A DNA stretch of 64,000 bases from assembly GCA_965649825.1 (NCBI GenBank), contig OZ287694.1:1053197-1117196 (forward strand). Direction: 5' to 3'. Below, piece by piece: positions 62,815-64,000 of the stretch. The notes under the pieces are model-generated. The model worked only from the letters and a program-made list of their open reading frames with translations. It did no database searches and had not been told where the DNA came from. This DNA comes from Penicillus capitatus. Taxonomy: Eukaryota > Plantae > Chlorophyta. The first letter of the stretch is position 1; each line of letters starts with the position of its first letter. The position numbers and the translations under genes were made by a program.

Positions 62815-63056
62815 CTAGCCACACTCGAAGGCGGGTCCTCGAGTGAACGGCACCCCTTCCCCGCGCCTCGGGTGTACATCTGGAATCTAGGTTCGCAAAA
62901 GCATCAAGTTCTGAGTTAGAAGTGCATGGTTGTCATCGGCTGTGTTCGCTCTAGCCACACTCGAAGGCGGGTCCTCGAGTGAACGGCACCGCTTCGCTGC
63001 GCCTCGGGTGTACATCTGGTATCCAGGTTTGAAAATGCATCAAGTTCTGAGTTAGA
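62815..63056. repeat. Two diverged direct copies with a 136-bp period; partial third copy near 62502
   Basis: ctagccacactcgaaggcgggtcctcgagtgaacggcacc...cctcgggtgtacatctgg...gcatcaagttctgagttaga starts at 62815 and 62951. Confidence 0.9.
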
Positions 63057-63071
63057 CTGTTAACGCAGATA

Positions 63072-63658
63072 TCAATCAATCATATGAATCGAGACTCGTT
63101 TTTCCTGTCTGACTGCAATACTTACTCCTTTGTCTGTTGCGTTACCGTTTCCGTAGGGGAACGCAATGTCAATTACGGTTCTCCTTGTAACGCCTGTTCC
63201 AGTCTCCATTGTTTGTATATAGCGTCGCATGTCGAAAGCCCGAATCCGTTCCCGACTTGTTAGAAATACGAACCACGGTCCGAAATCCTCGGACTCGAGC
63301 GCCGCACGTAACCAACAACTACCACGGACAAGAATCAACTTTTACGTTTGCGCGAAACCTTAGCAGCTTCTGTATTTCCGTCACTTTATCGACGTGATGC
63401 TGAATCTTATCCTTTGAGTTTTCACATATCGCCTCCGATACGGTCGATTGCGTTCGATCGCCTCCGATACGGTCGATTGCGTTCGATCGCCTCCGATACG
63501 GTCGATTGCGTTCGATCGCCTCCGCTTACATGCTTGGCGTGGGAGAAGTCGTCTTGAGGCTGTTCTTCTTTTCCATACCACGAATTTGGACTTCCTTCGA
63601 GAATTTCTTGCAGGTTAGCCATTTTACTTGTCACAGCGAATGTCTCCGTGTTTGCCAT
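63072..63658 (-). CDS. Hypothetical spliced gene (at least 3 exons: 63658-63530, 63411-63359, 63318-)
   Basis: CAT|GTAAGC donor; GT-AG introns 63412-63529 and 63319-63358 join in phase to LLSCWLRAALESEDFGPWFVFLTSRERIRAFD. A further GTAAGT donor near 63128 makes the 3' end uncertain. Confidence 0.45.
63431..63524. repeat. Tandem minisatellite, 29-bp unit, ~3.2 copies, inside the predicted intron
   Basis: gcctccgatacggtcgattgcgttcgatc at 63431, 63460, 63489, partial at 63518. Confidence 0.95.
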
Positions 63659-64000
63659 TTTTTCGTGGCGAGAACTGAAGCTGGTGAGAACTAACTGCTC
63701 ATATCGATCAGAACTGAATCGATAGTTCGAATTTTTTTGAGAAAAAAGCAACGTTGCCCATTAAGAAGACACTCCGACACGTGCCTTCCACGAGAGCCCT
63801 TAGTACGTATGCACAGAACCAGACAATGTTTTCTGCGGAGGCGGGTTCCCTTTAAATGCGTCGTCAAAATGTCGTCGTCGATGAGAAAGGGACAGTGCAA
63901 TGCATGCGTTTACTATTCCAATTTGTAGAATCACGCGACTTCACGTCGTCCAAAGACGTAGATCGAAGGCAATGGCCCGAGAAATTGACGCTGAGATTCG

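Overview
Eukaryotic nuclear DNA from a very compact, intron-rich genome (introns mostly ~40-65 nt, standard genetic code). Gene content (BASS4-type transporters, plastid-targeted proteins, CDKB-like kinase, mitochondrial TatB, CEP44, POMP-like beta-helix repeats) points to a chlorophyte green alga; the lineage is inference. About 27 protein-coding loci can be supported, among them METTL3/MTA, auxilin-like J protein, two TBC Rab-GAPs, LOG, uS10m, a Raf-like kinase, ETF-QO, a giant ankyrin/U-box protein, FTase-alpha, RGP1 and CEP44. The most notable observations are: (1) a five-exon gene model for a STIM-like signal peptide-EF-hand-SAM protein with a novel FN3-TM-zinc-finger extension (31209-33279); (2) three same-strand genes separated by only 10 and 8 nt, a candidate polycistronic locus (6200-7816); (3) an accessory, element-like right end with an orphan decaying NFS1 3' fragment, related 27- and 29-bp tandem arrays, a CCAAT/ACGT repeat array plus TATA box and an intronless orphan ORF; (4) a tandem transporter pair sharing a GC-rich 746-bp near-identical core; (5) a rearranged POMP/SPOC chimera at the left end; (6) several GC-AG intron candidates. 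No rRNA, tRNA or CRISPR array was seen. All exon models were built by eye and need transcript confirmation.
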